In this document: piece by piece, positions 34,684 through 44,343 of the stretch
How the letters are laid out: every line of letters starts with the position of its first letter
Numbering within the stretch: position 1 is the stretch's first letter
Assembly (NCBI GenBank): GCA_035636315.1
Contig: DASPZJ010000021.1
Location: forward strand, 1,667-65,666
From: Thermoplasmata archaeon
GTDB lineage: Archaea; Thermoplasmatota; Thermoplasmata; RBG-16-68-12
Direction of reading: 5' to 3'
Length of the DNA stretch: 64,000 bases
Translations under genes and position numbers: made by a program
The notes under the pieces: model-generated
The model's input: only the letters and a program-made list of their open reading frames with translations
The model's database searches: none
Told to the model about the DNA's origin: nothing

Positions 34684-35733
34684 ATGCTCGAACCCGGGGA
34701 GGTCGCCCGGATCGATCCCGACGGGATGCGGGACATCATCGCCTCATTGCCGGAGCAGCTCGAGGCGTCCCTGCGGCTCTCCCCCCAGGCCGGCTTCGAC
34801 GCGGGGGACGCGCAGCGGGTCTTCGTCGTCGGCATGGGCGGGTCCGCGATCGCGGGAGATGTGTTCGCGGCGTGGGTCGCGGACCGGGCGAAGGTACCGA
34901 TCCAGGTGGTGCGCGATTACCGCCTGCCGTCGTACGCGCGGCCCGAGGACGTCTTGGTCGCCGTGAGCTACTCCGGGAATACGGAGGAGACGATGAGCGC
35001 GGCGATGCAGGGGATGAAACTCGGCTGTCGGATGGTCGCGGTCACATCCGGAGGCTCGCTACGGGACCTCGCCCGGAAGAACCGCGTGCCGATCGTCGAC
35101 GTTCCGACCGGACTCCCTCCCCGCGGCGCGTTCGGCCATCTGTTCGGGGTCCTGCCCGCGATCGGCGAGTCGTGGGTCGTCGGGCCGCTCCGTGCCGAGC
35201 TCGAGGATTCGATCGACCACCTGCGCAGACTCCGGAAGCGGTTGCGCCCGGAGACCGCCGCTCGTTCGAACCGAGCGAAGAGCCTCGCGATCCGCTTGCG
35301 CAGCACGGTTCCGGTCCTCTATGCGACCGCGCCCTTCACCCCGATTGCGAAACGCTGGCAGACGCAAATGAACGAAAACGCGAAGATGCTCGCGTTTTCC
35401 TCCGCCTTGCCCGAGGCCGACCACAACGAAATCGTGGGATGGTCCGAAGACGCGCGGGCCCGCCGCCACACGCCGATCGTGCTCCGCGATCGGGACGAAC
35501 CCCCGGAGATCCGTCGGCAGCTCGACATCACGGTCGAACTCATGTCCCGCCGCGCCGCCGCGATCGAAATCAAAGCGGAAGGCGAAAGTCTCCTCAGCCG
35601 CCTCCTCGGCACGTTGTACCTCGGGGACTACGTGAGCTTGTATCTCGCGGCGCTGCGGCGCGTCAACCCGATGCCGCTCCCTCCGATCCTGGAGCTCAAG
35701 AAACGCCTCGCGCGGGGACGCCGAAAAAACTGA
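34684..35733 (+). CDS. Bifunctional phosphoglucose/phosphomannose isomerase (SIS-domain archaeal PGI/PMI family)
   Basis: SIS motifs VFVVGMGGSAIAGDVF and LVAVSYSGNTEET, plus a C-terminal PGI/PMI-type domain. Confidence 0.7.
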   Translation: MLEPGEVARIDPDGMRDIIASLPEQLEASLRLSPQAGFDAGDAQRVFVVGMGGSAIAGDVFAAWVADRAKVPIQVVRDYRLPSYARPEDVLVAVSYSGNTEETMSAAMQGMKLGCRMVAVTSGGSLRDLARKNRVPIVDVPTGLPPRGAFGHLFGVLPAIGESWVVGPLRAELEDSIDHLRRLRKRLRPETAARSNRAKSLAIRLRSTVPVLYATAPFTPIAKRWQTQMNENAKMLAFSSALPEADHNEIVGWSEDARARRHTPIVLRDRDEPPEIRRQLDITVELMSRRAAAIEIKAEGESLLSRLLGTLYLGDYVSLYLAALRRVNPMPLPPILELKKRLARGRRKN

Positions 35734-35734
35734 A

Positions 35735-35853
35735 CGCCGAGGGGGAGACTTTCAGGCAGCCGTCACATGAGCGGCGGGAGCCATTTGAACTCCCGAGGAC
35801 TTGCGCCCACCAGCTCTCCAAGCTGGCGCCCTACCGGACTAGGCGACCTCGGC
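35735..35853 (-). tRNA. tRNA-Ser (anticodon GGA) with a long variable arm and an apparent 35-nt intron within the T-loop (position 59/60 or 60/61)
   Basis: Manual cloverleaf on the minus strand: acceptor GCCGAGG/CCTCGGC; D-arm GCCT-AGTCCGGTA-GGGC; anticodon arm CCAGC-TTGGAGA-GCTGG (U33, GGA, purine 37); V-arm GGGC-GCAA-GTCC; T-stem GGGAG + TTCAAAT. The matching CTCCC-CCTCGGC-G resumes 35 nt later (35748..35782 is the putative intron). Discriminator G73, then an oligo-T tail. TATA-like tttatta sits ~30 nt upstream (35883..35889). Confidence 0.6.
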
Positions 35854-35903
35854 ACCCAGCGTCGCGCCCATCCTATCCGTCGTAATAAAGGATTCTCCGA
35901 AGC

Positions 35904-37037
35904 TCACACGCGCGCCGCCGCGAACGCCCGCGCCGACTCGACCCGCTCACGTCCCGGGGGATGGCTGTAAAACAGCCACTTCTCCCAGCGCCTCGGATCC
36001 GCGACGCCGAGGTTCCGGTCGTGCAGCCGGACCATCGCGGCCGCGAATGCGGCGGAATCCCCAGTCAGCTCGAGCGCGAACCGATCGGCCCGCGACTCCC
36101 GTCCACGAGACCACCGCAGCTGCAGGGGGCCGAACGGAAGGGCCACAAGGCTGAAGAGGACTGCGAGCCACGGCAGTCCCGCGATATCGCCGGCCGACGG
36201 AATCCCGAAAGAGGCGCGCGTCGCATCGTAGAGCCACGCCGTGACCGCGACGATCGCCAGGGATGCGAGCGAGCCCTGGAGCAACCCCCAGAGCGGATCG
36301 AGGCGGCGTTGATGAGCGAGCTCGTGCCCGAGGACCGCATCGACCTCCTCGACCGAAAATTCCGCCAGGAGGGTGTCGGTGACGACGATCCGGCGCGTCC
36401 GACCGAACCCCATCACGGCGGCGTTCGACCGCCTCGTCTTCGGCGATGCCTCGAGCACGAAGGCGCCCATCACAGGCACGCCGGCGCGCGCCGCGAGCGA
36501 GGCGAACCGATTCCGGACGCTCACGTCCTGAATCGGCCGGACACGGTAGAACAGCGGCACGAGCACGATCGGCGCGAGGAATCCGATTCCAAGCGAGGCC
36601 GCGACGCCGAGGATCCACGCGACGAGCCACCACCAATGGGTGGCCGCGAGCAACCACAGCAGCCCCCCGCCGACGACGAGGGTCGAGGCGAGCCCGAGAG
36701 CGAAGGACTTCGCGAGGTCCTTGAGCCAACCGCTCAGGCGCTGGCGGGACAACCCGAAGGCACGCTCCCACCGGAATCCGCCGACGTAGGCGAACGGGAG
36801 TTCCGCCGCGGCGAAGGCGCCGAAGAGGATGGACAGGGATGCCCCCGCGGAGGCCCAGCCCGGCCATCCGAGTCGGAGGACGGAATCCCGCAAGGACGCT
36901 GCGCCTCCCGCCACGAGGGCGGTCGCGAGGAGACCGATCGCGGCCCCGTGGATAGCGCGCAGGACGAGCCGCTTCGACCGAAGGCGGCGGGCGACGACCT
37001 GCCGGTCCACGTCGAAGCCCCATGCGTCGACGCCCAT
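35904..37037 (-). CDS. M48-family zinc metalloprotease (HtpX/Ste24-like) with N-terminal TM region
   Basis: HELAHQ (HExxH) motif, downstream E/H motifs, several N-terminal TM helices. Confidence 0.8.
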   Translation of the reverse strand: MGVDAWGFDVDRQVVARRLRSKRLVLRAIHGAAIGLLATALVAGGAASLRDSVLRLGWPGWASAGASLSILFGAFAAAELPFAYVGGFRWERAFGLSRQRLSGWLKDLAKSFALGLASTLVVGGGLLWLLAATHWWWLVAWILGVAASLGIGFLAPIVLVPLFYRVRPIQDVSVRNRFASLAARAGVPVMGAFVLEASPKTRRSNAAVMGFGRTRRIVVTDTLLAEFSVEEVDAVLGHELAHQRRLDPLWGLLQGSLASLAIVAVTAWLYDATRASFGIPSAGDIAGLPWLAVLFSLVALPFGPLQLRWSRGRESRADRFALELTGDSAAFAAAMVRLHDRNLGVADPRRWEKWLFYSHPPGRERVESARAFAAARV

Positions 37038-37040
37038 CGC

Positions 37041-37994
37041 TCACTTCCAGAGCTTCGGGTACGTCCCCGGGTCCATGAGCACGCGGGCCGTGTCCGCCGC
37101 CGCCCCCGATTTCGCGACGACGATTTCGTCCGTCGTCATGAGCGCCTTCGATACCGCGACCGCCTCGCCCTTCCCCGTGAAGAGGCCCAGCAGGTCGCCG
37201 CGGCGGATGTGCGGCGAGAGCTTCGCGACGCCTGGCACCATGAGGTTCGCACCGTGGCAGATCGCGTCGACCGCGGTGTCTTTGATGACGATTCGCGGCA
37301 GGTGCCGCAGGAGGTCTTCCATGGGTCGCACGATCGCCCGGATCGCGGTCTCGTCCCCCTCCCGCCAATAGGCGATGGCGTCGCGGAAGGCGTTCAACGG
37401 ATGCGCGTCGGCCTCCGAGAACGACGCCGTGCGCGTCCGCCGCAGGTCGACCATGTTCGCGCCGATGCCGAGCGCCTCGCCCACGTCGGAGCACAGCGTC
37501 CGGATGTATGTCCCGGATTCGCACCGTACACGGAAGAGGACGTTGCGGCCTTCGATCTCGAGCGGCTCGAACCCGTACACATGGCGGGTCCGTTGCTCCC
37601 GCTTGACGGCCGAGCGCACCGGAGGGGTTTGATAGATCTCGCCGACGAAGCGGCCCATCATCGCGCGCACCTTCCGCTCCTCGACGTCCTGGTGGAGCTG
37701 CAACACGCCGACGTATTCCTTGTCCCCGGCCAGCAGCGCCTCGAGCGCACGCGTTGCGTCGGCGAGGCCGACGGGGAGCACGCCGGTGACGCGCGGATCC
37801 AGGGTGCCCGCATGGCCCGCCTTCGGGACTCCGAACATGTCCCGTACCCAAGCGCTCACCTGGTGGGACGTCGGTCCGGCCGGCTTGTCGACGACCGCCA
37901 GGCCCCGGCGGATCTGCTCCTCGATCGAACGATCCTCCGGCCGCTTCCCATGCTTCGAATCGGGTGTCTCGTGGAGGACGACGAGGTCGCTCAT
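37041..37994 (-). CDS. cbf5: H/ACA RNP pseudouridine synthase Cbf5 (TruB family) with PUA domain
   Basis: GLAVVDKPAGPTSHQV, GHAGTLDPRVTGVLPVGL (catalytic Asp), C-terminal PUA domain. ATG at 37994. The 160-aa R/G-rich N-terminal ORF extension is rejected. Confidence 0.85.
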   Translation of the reverse strand: MSDLVVLHETPDSKHGKRPEDRSIEEQIRRGLAVVDKPAGPTSHQVSAWVRDMFGVPKAGHAGTLDPRVTGVLPVGLADATRALEALLAGDKEYVGVLQLHQDVEERKVRAMMGRFVGEIYQTPPVRSAVKREQRTRHVYGFEPLEIEGRNVLFRVRCESGTYIRTLCSDVGEALGIGANMVDLRRTRTASFSEADAHPLNAFRDAIAYWREGDETAIRAIVRPMEDLLRHLPRIVIKDTAVDAICHGANLMVPGVAKLSPHIRRGDLLGLFTGKGEAVAVSKALMTTDEIVVAKSGAAADTARVLMDPGTYPKLWK

Positions 37995-38530
37995 CCCCCC
38001 ACCCGCGCCGCGATCGCCGCGACGATCTCGTCCGGCGTCTTGCGCCCGGAATCCAGAACCAGGTCGAAGATTCGGGTGTCGCGCAGGTCGATCCCGTAGA
38101 TCTGACGGTACCGGACGCGCTCCGAGCGCTCTCGCGCGACAATCTCCCGCTCCGCGTCCTGGACGCTCTTCCCCTCGCGCGTCGCAATCCGTTGGGCCCG
38201 CACTGCTAGGGGGGCGTCGATCAGGACCTTGGTGCAGGGGATGCCCTGCTTCGCGAGGAGATACGCTTGGATGCGGCCGTCCACGACGACGCTCGCTCCG
38301 GACGCCTCCTTCGAGAGGATCTCCTCCAGGACCGCGGCGTCGAGCGCGTTGTCGATCGCCGGATCCGCCTCGGCCGCCTTGCCGAACGCCTCGAGGCTCA
38401 TCCCGCGCTCCTTCGCCATCGCGCGGAACCGCATGCCCGCCGACACGAGGACGTAGCCTCGGGCCGCGGCCCACCGCTCGGCGACCGTCGTCTTGCCGCT
38501 GCCGGGCGGGCCACCGACCGCGAGGATCAT
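37991..38530 (-). CDS. cmk: Archaeal cytidylate kinase
   Basis: MILAVGGPPGSGKTTVAERWAAARGYVLVSAG P-loop. Size ~180 aa. ATGA overlap with the cbf5 start. Confidence 0.85.
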   Translation of the reverse strand: MILAVGGPPGSGKTTVAERWAAARGYVLVSAGMRFRAMAKERGMSLEAFGKAAEADPAIDNALDAAVLEEILSKEASGASVVVDGRIQAYLLAKQGIPCTKVLIDAPLAVRAQRIATREGKSVQDAEREIVARERSERVRYRQIYGIDLRDTRIFDLVLDSGRKTPDEIVAAIAARVGG

Positions 38531-38540
38531 CGGCGACCCC

Positions 38541-39191
38541 TCAGGCTTCGCCCTGGGGCTGGAGCGGGACCCCCATCGTGTCGAGTCGTCGCTTGAAACG
38601 GACGTACTTCAACAGGCGGATGACGATCTGTCCGAAGGGAATCGCGAGGAGCGAGTAGAGCAGGACCCAGTTCGGGAAGACGTTGGCGTCCTCCAGGAAC
38701 ACGTGGGTCGACCAGGGCACGGCGATCCACTGGTTCCCGAGGTGCCCGAGCGTGATGTCGACGAACAGGCGGAGCCACGTAAAGACGACGATGAACATGA
38801 ACATCGTCCAGGCGGTCGACTTCATCGGCGCCATCTGCACTTCCATGGAGTCCTTGAGGAACCCTTGCTGCGCTTCCTTCAGCCTTTCGAGCTTCGTCTG
38901 TTGGCCCTTCCGGATCGCTTCCATCTGCTCCTTCCGCCACGCCGCCATGATCTTCTGCGTGCGGGCCATCTTCACCCAGTTCGTGTAGTGGTCTCGGATG
39001 ATGGACGAGATCGACGTCGTGAGCATGCCCGCCAAGAGGATCGTCAGCACGGGCAAGGCGCCGCCGAACCCGATGAGGGGCGCGAAGGCGAAGTTCGCGA
39101 TCCCCGCGAAGCCGAGGCCGACCTGCGGGTCGATGAGGGCGTAGAGGGCGAGGAGGAACAGGAAGATCATCAGGAACCGGGAGAAACTCAT
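38541..39191 (-). CDS. DUF106 membrane protein (archaeal YidC/Oxa1/EMC3-like insertase homolog)
   Basis: Hydrophobic N-terminal helix, coiled-coil segment (WRKEQMEAIRKGQQTKLERLKEAQQ), further TM helices. Conserved position next to cmk. The acidic/R-rich upstream part of the ORF is excluded, and an N-terminal extension cannot be ruled out. Confidence 0.7.
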   Translation of the reverse strand: MSFSRFLMIFLFLLALYALIDPQVGLGFAGIANFAFAPLIGFGGALPVLTILLAGMLTTSISSIIRDHYTNWVKMARTQKIMAAWRKEQMEAIRKGQQTKLERLKEAQQGFLKDSMEVQMAPMKSTAWTMFMFIVVFTWLRLFVDITLGHLGNQWIAVPWSTHVFLEDANVFPNWVLLYSLLAIPFGQIVIRLLKYVRFKRRLDTMGVPLQPQGEA

Positions 39192-39370
39192 CCGATTCAG
39201 GACCGGACCGGGCGGCGTCGTCCCGGCAGGTCCGGTGGTCGATTCGGCGGGCGATTCATCGGGCGATTCGCCGGGTTCGGGGCTGTCTTCCGATCCGGAA
39301 TCCTCGTCCACGGATTCGCCAACGGACCTCGCGATATAAGGATTTGCCACTTCTCCGTAAGGAGAAAAGT

Positions 39371-39739
39371 TCAGCCGCCTTCGGGTGCGGCGGCGGCCCC
39401 GCCCAGGGCCGTCTGGATCTTGCCCGCGAGGTCGTTGTACCGTTCGGAGAGGGACTTCTCCTGCTTCTGGAGCGACTTCACGCGGATCGTGAGGGTTTCC
39501 TTGTGCTCCTCGAGCTCCTTCTTCAGGCCGTCCCGGTCGTCCTGTCGCACGAGGAGCATGCCGATGCTCTTGTACACCGGCGTATCCGTCGAGACCTTGC
39601 CGAGCTCCTCTAGGGTCGATTCGATCTCGCGAAGCTTCGCCTCGAGCTGCACGCGCTGGCTCCCGAGCACCTGAAGCTGTTGCTGCAGATTCTGGTATTG
39701 CGCGATCTGATTCTGCAGCTGCGGGGAGATCTCCTTCAC
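39371..39739 (-). CDS. pfdB: Prefoldin beta subunit
   Basis: Coiled-coil MKEISPQLQNQIAQYQNLQQQLQVLGSQRVQLEAKLREIESTLEEL..., ~120 aa. Confidence 0.85.
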   Translation of the reverse strand: MKEISPQLQNQIAQYQNLQQQLQVLGSQRVQLEAKLREIESTLEELGKVSTDTPVYKSIGMLLVRQDDRDGLKKELEEHKETLTIRVKSLQKQEKSLSERYNDLAGKIQTALGGAAAAPEGG

Positions 39740-39972
39740 GCGGCCACCTCATGCACGCGTGCGGCCAGATCGGCCCAGCGCAGATACGAGTTGACCGCGG
39801 CGCGCAGGGCGCTCGTGTCCTTGGCGTCGATCGTCAGCGTGAGGCGACCGCGTCCGATCTGCATTGAGACGCGAGCTTTCGGCACGTCCCGGCCCATTTC
39901 CGGTCGCAGGGCCTCGGCCACGACGCGGGCCTCGGGGCCGACCAGCGTGATCCTCGCGCGCCGCATGGTCAT
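39736..39972 (-). CDS. Small Pcc1-like protein (KEOPS subunit family), tentative
   Basis: 78 aa (MTMRRARITLVGPEARVVAEALRPE...RLTLTIDAKDTSALRAAVNSYLRWADLA). Position between rpoP and pfdB is typical for Pcc1. ATGA overlap at both ends. Confidence 0.5.
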   Translation of the reverse strand: MTMRRARITLVGPEARVVAEALRPEMGRDVPKARVSMQIGRGRLTLTIDAKDTSALRAAVNSYLRWADLAARVHEVAA

Positions 39973-40103
39973 AGCGCCTTGACGACCTTCTTGACGTTCG
40001 GCCGCTCCTTATAGAAGATCTTCGAGCCGCAGCGCTCGCACTGGATCCCGACCGTGTTGATGTTCGTCCGGATCGGCTCGAGACATTTCGCGCACTTGTA
40101 CAA
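39969..40103 (-). CDS. rpoP: DNA-directed RNA polymerase subunit P (Rpo12)
   Basis: Not in the ORF track (44 aa). TTG start, 8 nt after GAGGAGA. Translation (M)YKCAKCLEPIRTNINTVGIQCERCGSKIFYKERPNVKKVVKAL* has the CxxC...CxxC zinc ribbon of RpoP. Confidence 0.7.
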   Translation of the reverse strand: MYKCAKCLEPIRTNINTVGIQCERCGSKIFYKERPNVKKVVKAL

Positions 40104-40105
40104 GG

Positions 40106-40393
40106 TCAGGTCTCCTCGGCCTTCGCCTCAGGCTCTTTGGCGACCTCCACGAGTTCCCGCTTGAAGGACGTCGTCACGACGGGGCGGTACGCGCCCCCCG
40201 CGAAGACGTTCCCGCATCGACGGCACTCCCAGACGCCGCTCGACTTCCGGTGGACGGACACGGCCTGACAGCGCGGACAGGTGTGCTTCGCTCGGCGGCC
40301 TTCCTCGATCTCCTGGACGCGCCGGCGGATTCGCACGCCGTAGCGGGGGCCGAACCGGCCGACGACACCAGCCTTTCGCGTGCGACGCGCCAT
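40106..40393 (-). CDS. rpl37ae: Ribosomal protein L37Ae (eL43)
   Basis: GVVGRFGPRYGVRIRRR...HTCPRCQAVSVHRKSSGVWECRRCGNVFAGGAYRP. Confidence 0.9.
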   Translation of the reverse strand: MARRTRKAGVVGRFGPRYGVRIRRRVQEIEEGRRAKHTCPRCQAVSVHRKSSGVWECRRCGNVFAGGAYRPVVTTSFKRELVEVAKEPEAKAEET

Positions 40394-40401
40394 CGTGGAC
40401 C

Positions 40402-41178
40402 TCAGGGTTTCAGCAAAGGACGGATCTCGCGGCCCACGCGCTGGGCCGTCTCAATGATCCGCTTGATTTCTTCGTAAGTAAAGCTTCCACTTAAGCCTTT
40501 TTGCATCGCGCGGATGTCGCCCTTCTCGTCCGTCGTCACGGTGAGCCGCGCGTCCGCCATGCGCTGCTCGTCGAGGCTCGGATCGACCAGGACGATGTCT
40601 TTGATCTTCACGCTCGTCACGCTGACCGGCCAGTGTTCAACGGGAAGGGCGAAGTCCTCGCCCACCCCCATCGCCTTCGCCGGGACCTTGGTCGAGGCGA
40701 GCGCGGCGACCCCGCCGTAGGAGCAGGCGTCGAACAGGTTCCCGTCGTAGTCGAGGACGTGGATGTCGATGAACATGACCCAGACCTTCTCCTTCGGAGT
40801 GATGCAGAGCCGATCCATGTTCACCATCTTCGATTCCCGGATCCCGCGGTCCACGACCCGGGCGAGCTCAATCGCGTCGGGCCGGGGCGGACCCGCCTCG
40901 AAGGTCGGGCTGGCCATCGGGATGAGCTCGACGCTCGTCGACAGCACGCCGGAGTTCGGGGTGTCGGGGTACGGCTCGCCGACGGACATCTTGATGCCGA
41001 CGAGGACGTCCGTGTTGCCGAGCTTGACGCGGGCGCTGCCCTCCGCGGTCGACACGAACGATCGCTCGATCGTCACCTTCCGGGGTTCGTCGAGCGCCCG
41101 GCCGTCGACGCGCTGCCCCGTCGACGCCAGCCTGTAGACGTGGGCGCGCATCAGCTCGGAGACGATCTCCTCGCTCAT
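40402..41178 (-). CDS. rrp42: Exosome complex component Rrp42 (inactive RNase PH-like subunit)
   Basis: RNase PH fold (RVDGRALDEPRKVTIE...GSARVKLGNTDVLVGIK...). ATG at 41178 overlaps the rrp41 stop (ATGA). The 140-aa R-rich ORF extension is rejected. Confidence 0.8.
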   Translation of the reverse strand: MSEEIVSELMRAHVYRLASTGQRVDGRALDEPRKVTIERSFVSTAEGSARVKLGNTDVLVGIKMSVGEPYPDTPNSGVLSTSVELIPMASPTFEAGPPRPDAIELARVVDRGIRESKMVNMDRLCITPKEKVWVMFIDIHVLDYDGNLFDACSYGGVAALASTKVPAKAMGVGEDFALPVEHWPVSVTSVKIKDIVLVDPSLDEQRMADARLTVTTDEKGDIRAMQKGLSGSFTYEEIKRIIETAQRVGREIRPLLKP

Positions 41179-42017
41179 CAGATCCCCTCCGGTCCGAAAT
41201 CGTCCTCCGGTGGGAGCGGCGGGAGCGGCTCCTCCGAAGGGGGCGGGGGCGGCAGGGGCGGCGACTCCTTGAGGATGTCCTCGAGGGTGACGGAGTATCG
41301 GCGGCGGAGCGCGTCGCGCTGCAGCTCGTAGATCCGGTGGGTGGCGCCGATCGACAGGTCCATCGCCTTCTGGAACTCGTCGTACGTCAGGTGGCCGTCC
41401 ATCTGCAGGAGCACAATCTCCCCCGTCCGGGGCACGATCGCCATCGGGCAGTCCGCGTCTCCGAAGTTGTCCTCGTCCTTGTTCAGATCGAGGCACACGA
41501 CCCCTTCGATCTTCCCGGACGCGCACGAGGCCACGAGGTCCCGCATCGGGACGCCGGCGTCGGCGAGCGCGACGCTCGCGGCGCTGAGTCCCGCGCACCG
41601 GGTTCCGGCGTCCGCCTGGAGGACCTCGATGAAGATGTCGACGGAGGTCCGCGGGAACTGCTCCGCGAAGACGACGGACGCGAAGGCCTCCGAGATGACC
41701 TTCGAGATCTCGACGGAGCGACGATCCGGCCCGGGCCGTTTCCGGTCCGAGACGCTAAACGGCGCCATATTGTACCGGCACTGGACGAGCGCCCGCGCGG
41801 GATCCTGAAGGTGCCGCGGGTGCGCCTCGCGCGGCCCGTAGACCGCTGCGAGGACTTTGTTCCCGCCCCATTCCATGTAGGCGGAGCCGTCGGCGCGTCC
41901 CAGGACCCCCGCTTCGATCCGGATCGGCCGCAGCTCGTCGGCCTTCCGACCGTCGAGCCGGCGGCCCGACGCGTCCATCAGTTTGACTTCCTTCTCGATG
42001 TGTTCGATGTCTTCCAT
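41178..42017 (-). CDS. rrp41: Exosome complex exonuclease Rrp41 (RNase PH-like) with Pro-rich C-terminal tail
   Basis: [20 protein letters not shown]...[19 protein letters not shown]...[23 protein letters not shown], then a [21 protein letters not shown] tail. Confidence 0.85.
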   Translation of the reverse strand: MEDIEHIEKEVKLMDASGRRLDGRKADELRPIRIEAGVLGRADGSAYMEWGGNKVLAAVYGPREAHPRHLQDPARALVQCRYNMAPFSVSDRKRPGPDRRSVEISKVISEAFASVVFAEQFPRTSVDIFIEVLQADAGTRCAGLSAASVALADAGVPMRDLVASCASGKIEGVVCLDLNKDEDNFGDADCPMAIVPRTGEIVLLQMDGHLTYDEFQKAMDLSIGATHRIYELQRDALRRRYSVTLEDILKESPPLPPPPPSEEPLPPLPPEDDFGPEGI

Positions 42018-42031
42018 GGAAAACCCGTCCC

Positions 42032-42730
42032 TCAGGAGGGCAACCGCCCTCGCGTCTCGCGTTTCGCTCGCTCAATCAGTTCCCGCACGGCCTCCGTCAG
42101 CCCGAGGGCCTGCGCCCGCTCCTCGATCAGCCGGATCGCCATCGCGGCGACTGCCGTGTCGCGGTCCTCTCCGTCGAGCCAGATCCGACCGTTCTGCCCG
42201 ACGTAGATGCGACAGTTCGTGAGATCCTTGATCAGGGAGACCATGCTCCCCTCCTTCCCGATGACGCGCGCCACCTTCGTAGGAGAGACCTCCATCAGGA
42301 TGCCGCCGTTCAACTTGCGGGCCTCGCGGTCCTGCATCGTCAGCTGGACCCGCTTGATCTCGTCGACGCTCAGGACGTGGCACATGATGACGTCCCCGAC
42401 CTTCAGGTACCGTGCGGTGTCGCCGAACTCGACGCGCCACGCCGACTCCGTGGCGTGGAGCGGTGCCGGATACGGTGAGTTGATGTCGACGAGCCAGTGG
42501 GACGGGCCCTGGTCGATCACCTCGCCGATGACCGCGTCGCCTCGCTGGGGGAGGTAGCGCCCGTTCAGCGGGATGACGCTGACGCGGCCCTCGCGCTCGT
42601 TCCGGATGCCCATCTGCGACGCGAAAATCTGTCCGCCCTCGCTGTAGGTACCGGGGCCGGGCTTCAGCCCGGGGCCGCCGACGGCTTCGCCGGGGATGAC
42701 AAGCTGGCGAAGCGAACCACTGCCCTGCAT
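42032..42730 (-). CDS. rrp4: Exosome complex RNA-binding subunit Rrp4 (S1 + KH domains)
   Basis: N-terminal domain, S1 domain ([28 protein letters not shown]), KH domain ([33 protein letters not shown]). Confidence 0.85.
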   Translation of the reverse strand: MQGSGSLRQLVIPGEAVGGPGLKPGPGTYSEGGQIFASQMGIRNEREGRVSVIPLNGRYLPQRGDAVIGEVIDQGPSHWLVDINSPYPAPLHATESAWRVEFGDTARYLKVGDVIMCHVLSVDEIKRVQLTMQDREARKLNGGILMEVSPTKVARVIGKEGSMVSLIKDLTNCRIYVGQNGRIWLDGEDRDTAVAAMAIRLIEERAQALGLTEAVRELIERAKRETRGRLPS

Positions 42731-42834
42731 TGGTGTCTCTCTCTCACGCGACGCGTCGAAACGGAGGCGGCTACTTGAGGCTTTGGGTGCGCTGCCGGCG
42801 TTTCATGAAGCACCGCCACAGAAACAGCGGGCGG

Positions 42835-43575
42835 TCAGACCCGTTGGTCCGCCTTCAGGATCCGGGTCTCCACGTTCCCTTTCGTTTTCGCGTTGAGCTT
42901 CTCGAGGAAGTCCGTCTGCATCCCTGCGGGCATCTCGACCACGCCGATCCACGCGCCGCTTGGAGACCACTCCTCCTTCACGATCGTCCCGAACGACTTG
43001 ATGTCCCCGTAGCTCTTCGCGCTGTCCTCCGCGCTGAGCTTGACGGCGATCCGGACTTTCTCGAATCGGATCGGGATGAGCGGCCGCAACGCGTCGAGGA
43101 CCTCCTTGACCTGCTCCTCGATCCCCTTGAAGGGGTCCACGTGGACCTTGGCCTCCTCCATCGCGTTCTCAATGCGCTGGGGCGGGTGGGGCGCGCCGGT
43201 CTGCGGGTTGATCGCGTTCGCCGCAATGTACTGGACAATCTGCTTGCGCTTCGCCTCGAGCATCTGGCGGCGCTGCTCCGTGGTCAGCTGGATCTCGCCG
43301 CGCTCGATGATCTGCTTCGCGACCGCGAGGGGCTCGGTCGTCCCGAAGAACTCCGTCATCTTCTCCTCGGACGCTTTCGACCCCTTGTGCGCGTCCCGGA
43401 AAATTTCATCGATCGCGAGCTGCCCGAGGAGGTCGACCTCCGCCCCATCCCGGATCCGCTGGACGGCATCCGGCTTGACAAGGACCTCGAACTTCTCGCC
43501 CGCCTTTTCGAACCGGGCGATCACGTACTCCTTGAAGATGTCGTCGCGACGGTCCGATCGAAGCTCCTTGGGCAT
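42835..43575 (-). CDS. sdo1: Ribosome maturation protein Sdo1 (SBDS family)
   Basis: [16 protein letters not shown]...DEIFRDA N-terminal FYSH domain, and three-domain length (246 aa). Confidence 0.85.
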   Translation of the reverse strand: MPKELRSDRRDDIFKEYVIARFEKAGEKFEVLVKPDAVQRIRDGAEVDLLGQLAIDEIFRDAHKGSKASEEKMTEFFGTTEPLAVAKQIIERGEIQLTTEQRRQMLEAKRKQIVQYIAANAINPQTGAPHPPQRIENAMEEAKVHVDPFKGIEEQVKEVLDALRPLIPIRFEKVRIAVKLSAEDSAKSYGDIKSFGTIVKEEWSPSGAWIGVVEMPAGMQTDFLEKLNAKTKGNVETRILKADQRV

Positions 43576-43583
43576 GACCTCGC

Positions 43584-44309
43584 CTAGGACGCGGTCGGCA
43601 TCCGCGAAAGGTACTGTCCGACCTCGGTCTCGGAGAGACGCCGGAACCGCTCGCCCTCGACGATGATTCCGACCTCGATCGCGCGGGCATCGAGTTTCTC
43701 GCCTTCCGACGCCTTCTGCAAGGCCTGGAGTCCCAGGACCATCGCGTCGTCCTGGTTCATCCCTTCCTTGTACTTCTCCTCGAGTAGCTCCATGACCGCC
43801 TGGCGGCCTTGGCCGATGCTGCCCGCCTTGTACGACACGAGCGCCCCGCTCGGGTCCGTCTCGAAGAGGTGGGTGCCGAGGTCGTCGACGCCGGCGACGA
43901 GGAGCGCGGTCCCGAACGGCCGAACGCCTCCGTATTGCGTGTAGTTCTGCTTGTAGTCGCAGATCCGCTTGACGAGCAGGTCCACGCCGATCCGCTCGCT
44001 GTACGTGACCTTGTTAATCTGGGCGACGAGCCGTGCGTAGTCCACGAGCACGCGGGCATCCGCCACGAGGCCCGAGGTCGCCGCGCCGACATGCTCGTCG
44101 ATCTGGAAGATCTTCTCGATCGACGAGGTCTCGACGAGCCGCGAACCGATCTTCTTGTCGGCCATGAGGACGATCCCGTTCTTGAACTTCAGGCCGACCG
44201 TCGTGTTGCCGCGGGTGACCGCGACGCGAGCGTATTCTACCTGGAACAGGCGGCCGTCGGGGCTGAAGACCGTGATCGCGCGGTCGTACGCCATCTGGCC
44301 CGGCTGCAT
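43584..44309 (-). CDS. psmA: Proteasome alpha subunit
   Basis: [31 protein letters not shown]... closely matches the Thermoplasma acidophilum alpha subunit N-terminus as I recall it. Confidence 0.95.
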   Translation of the reverse strand: MQPGQMAYDRAITVFSPDGRLFQVEYARVAVTRGNTTVGLKFKNGIVLMADKKIGSRLVETSSIEKIFQIDEHVGAATSGLVADARVLVDYARLVAQINKVTYSERIGVDLLVKRICDYKQNYTQYGGVRPFGTALLVAGVDDLGTHLFETDPSGALVSYKAGSIGQGRQAVMELLEEKYKEGMNQDDAMVLGLQALQKASEGEKLDARAIEVGIIVEGERFRRLSETEVGQYLSRMPTAS

Positions 44310-44343
44310 ATGATAAACCTCGGGCCGCTAATAAAGCGGTCAC

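Noticed and set aside
35771-35870. The GC-rich hairpins between PGI and M48 read as a plain convergent-gene terminator cluster, or as a tRNA with a 9-nt T-loop
   Set aside because: The full cloverleaf only closes if the 3' acceptor strand 35 nt further downstream is used. I prefer the intron-containing tRNA-Ser, but the pseudo-tRNA/terminator alternative remains as the refuting scenario.
35947-38187. 746-aa minus-strand ORF and the 712-aa plus-strand ORF across the M48/cbf5/cmk region
   Set aside because: They are R/G/P-rich with no motifs. The same DNA encodes well-supported M48 protease, Cbf5 and Cmk genes in other frames.
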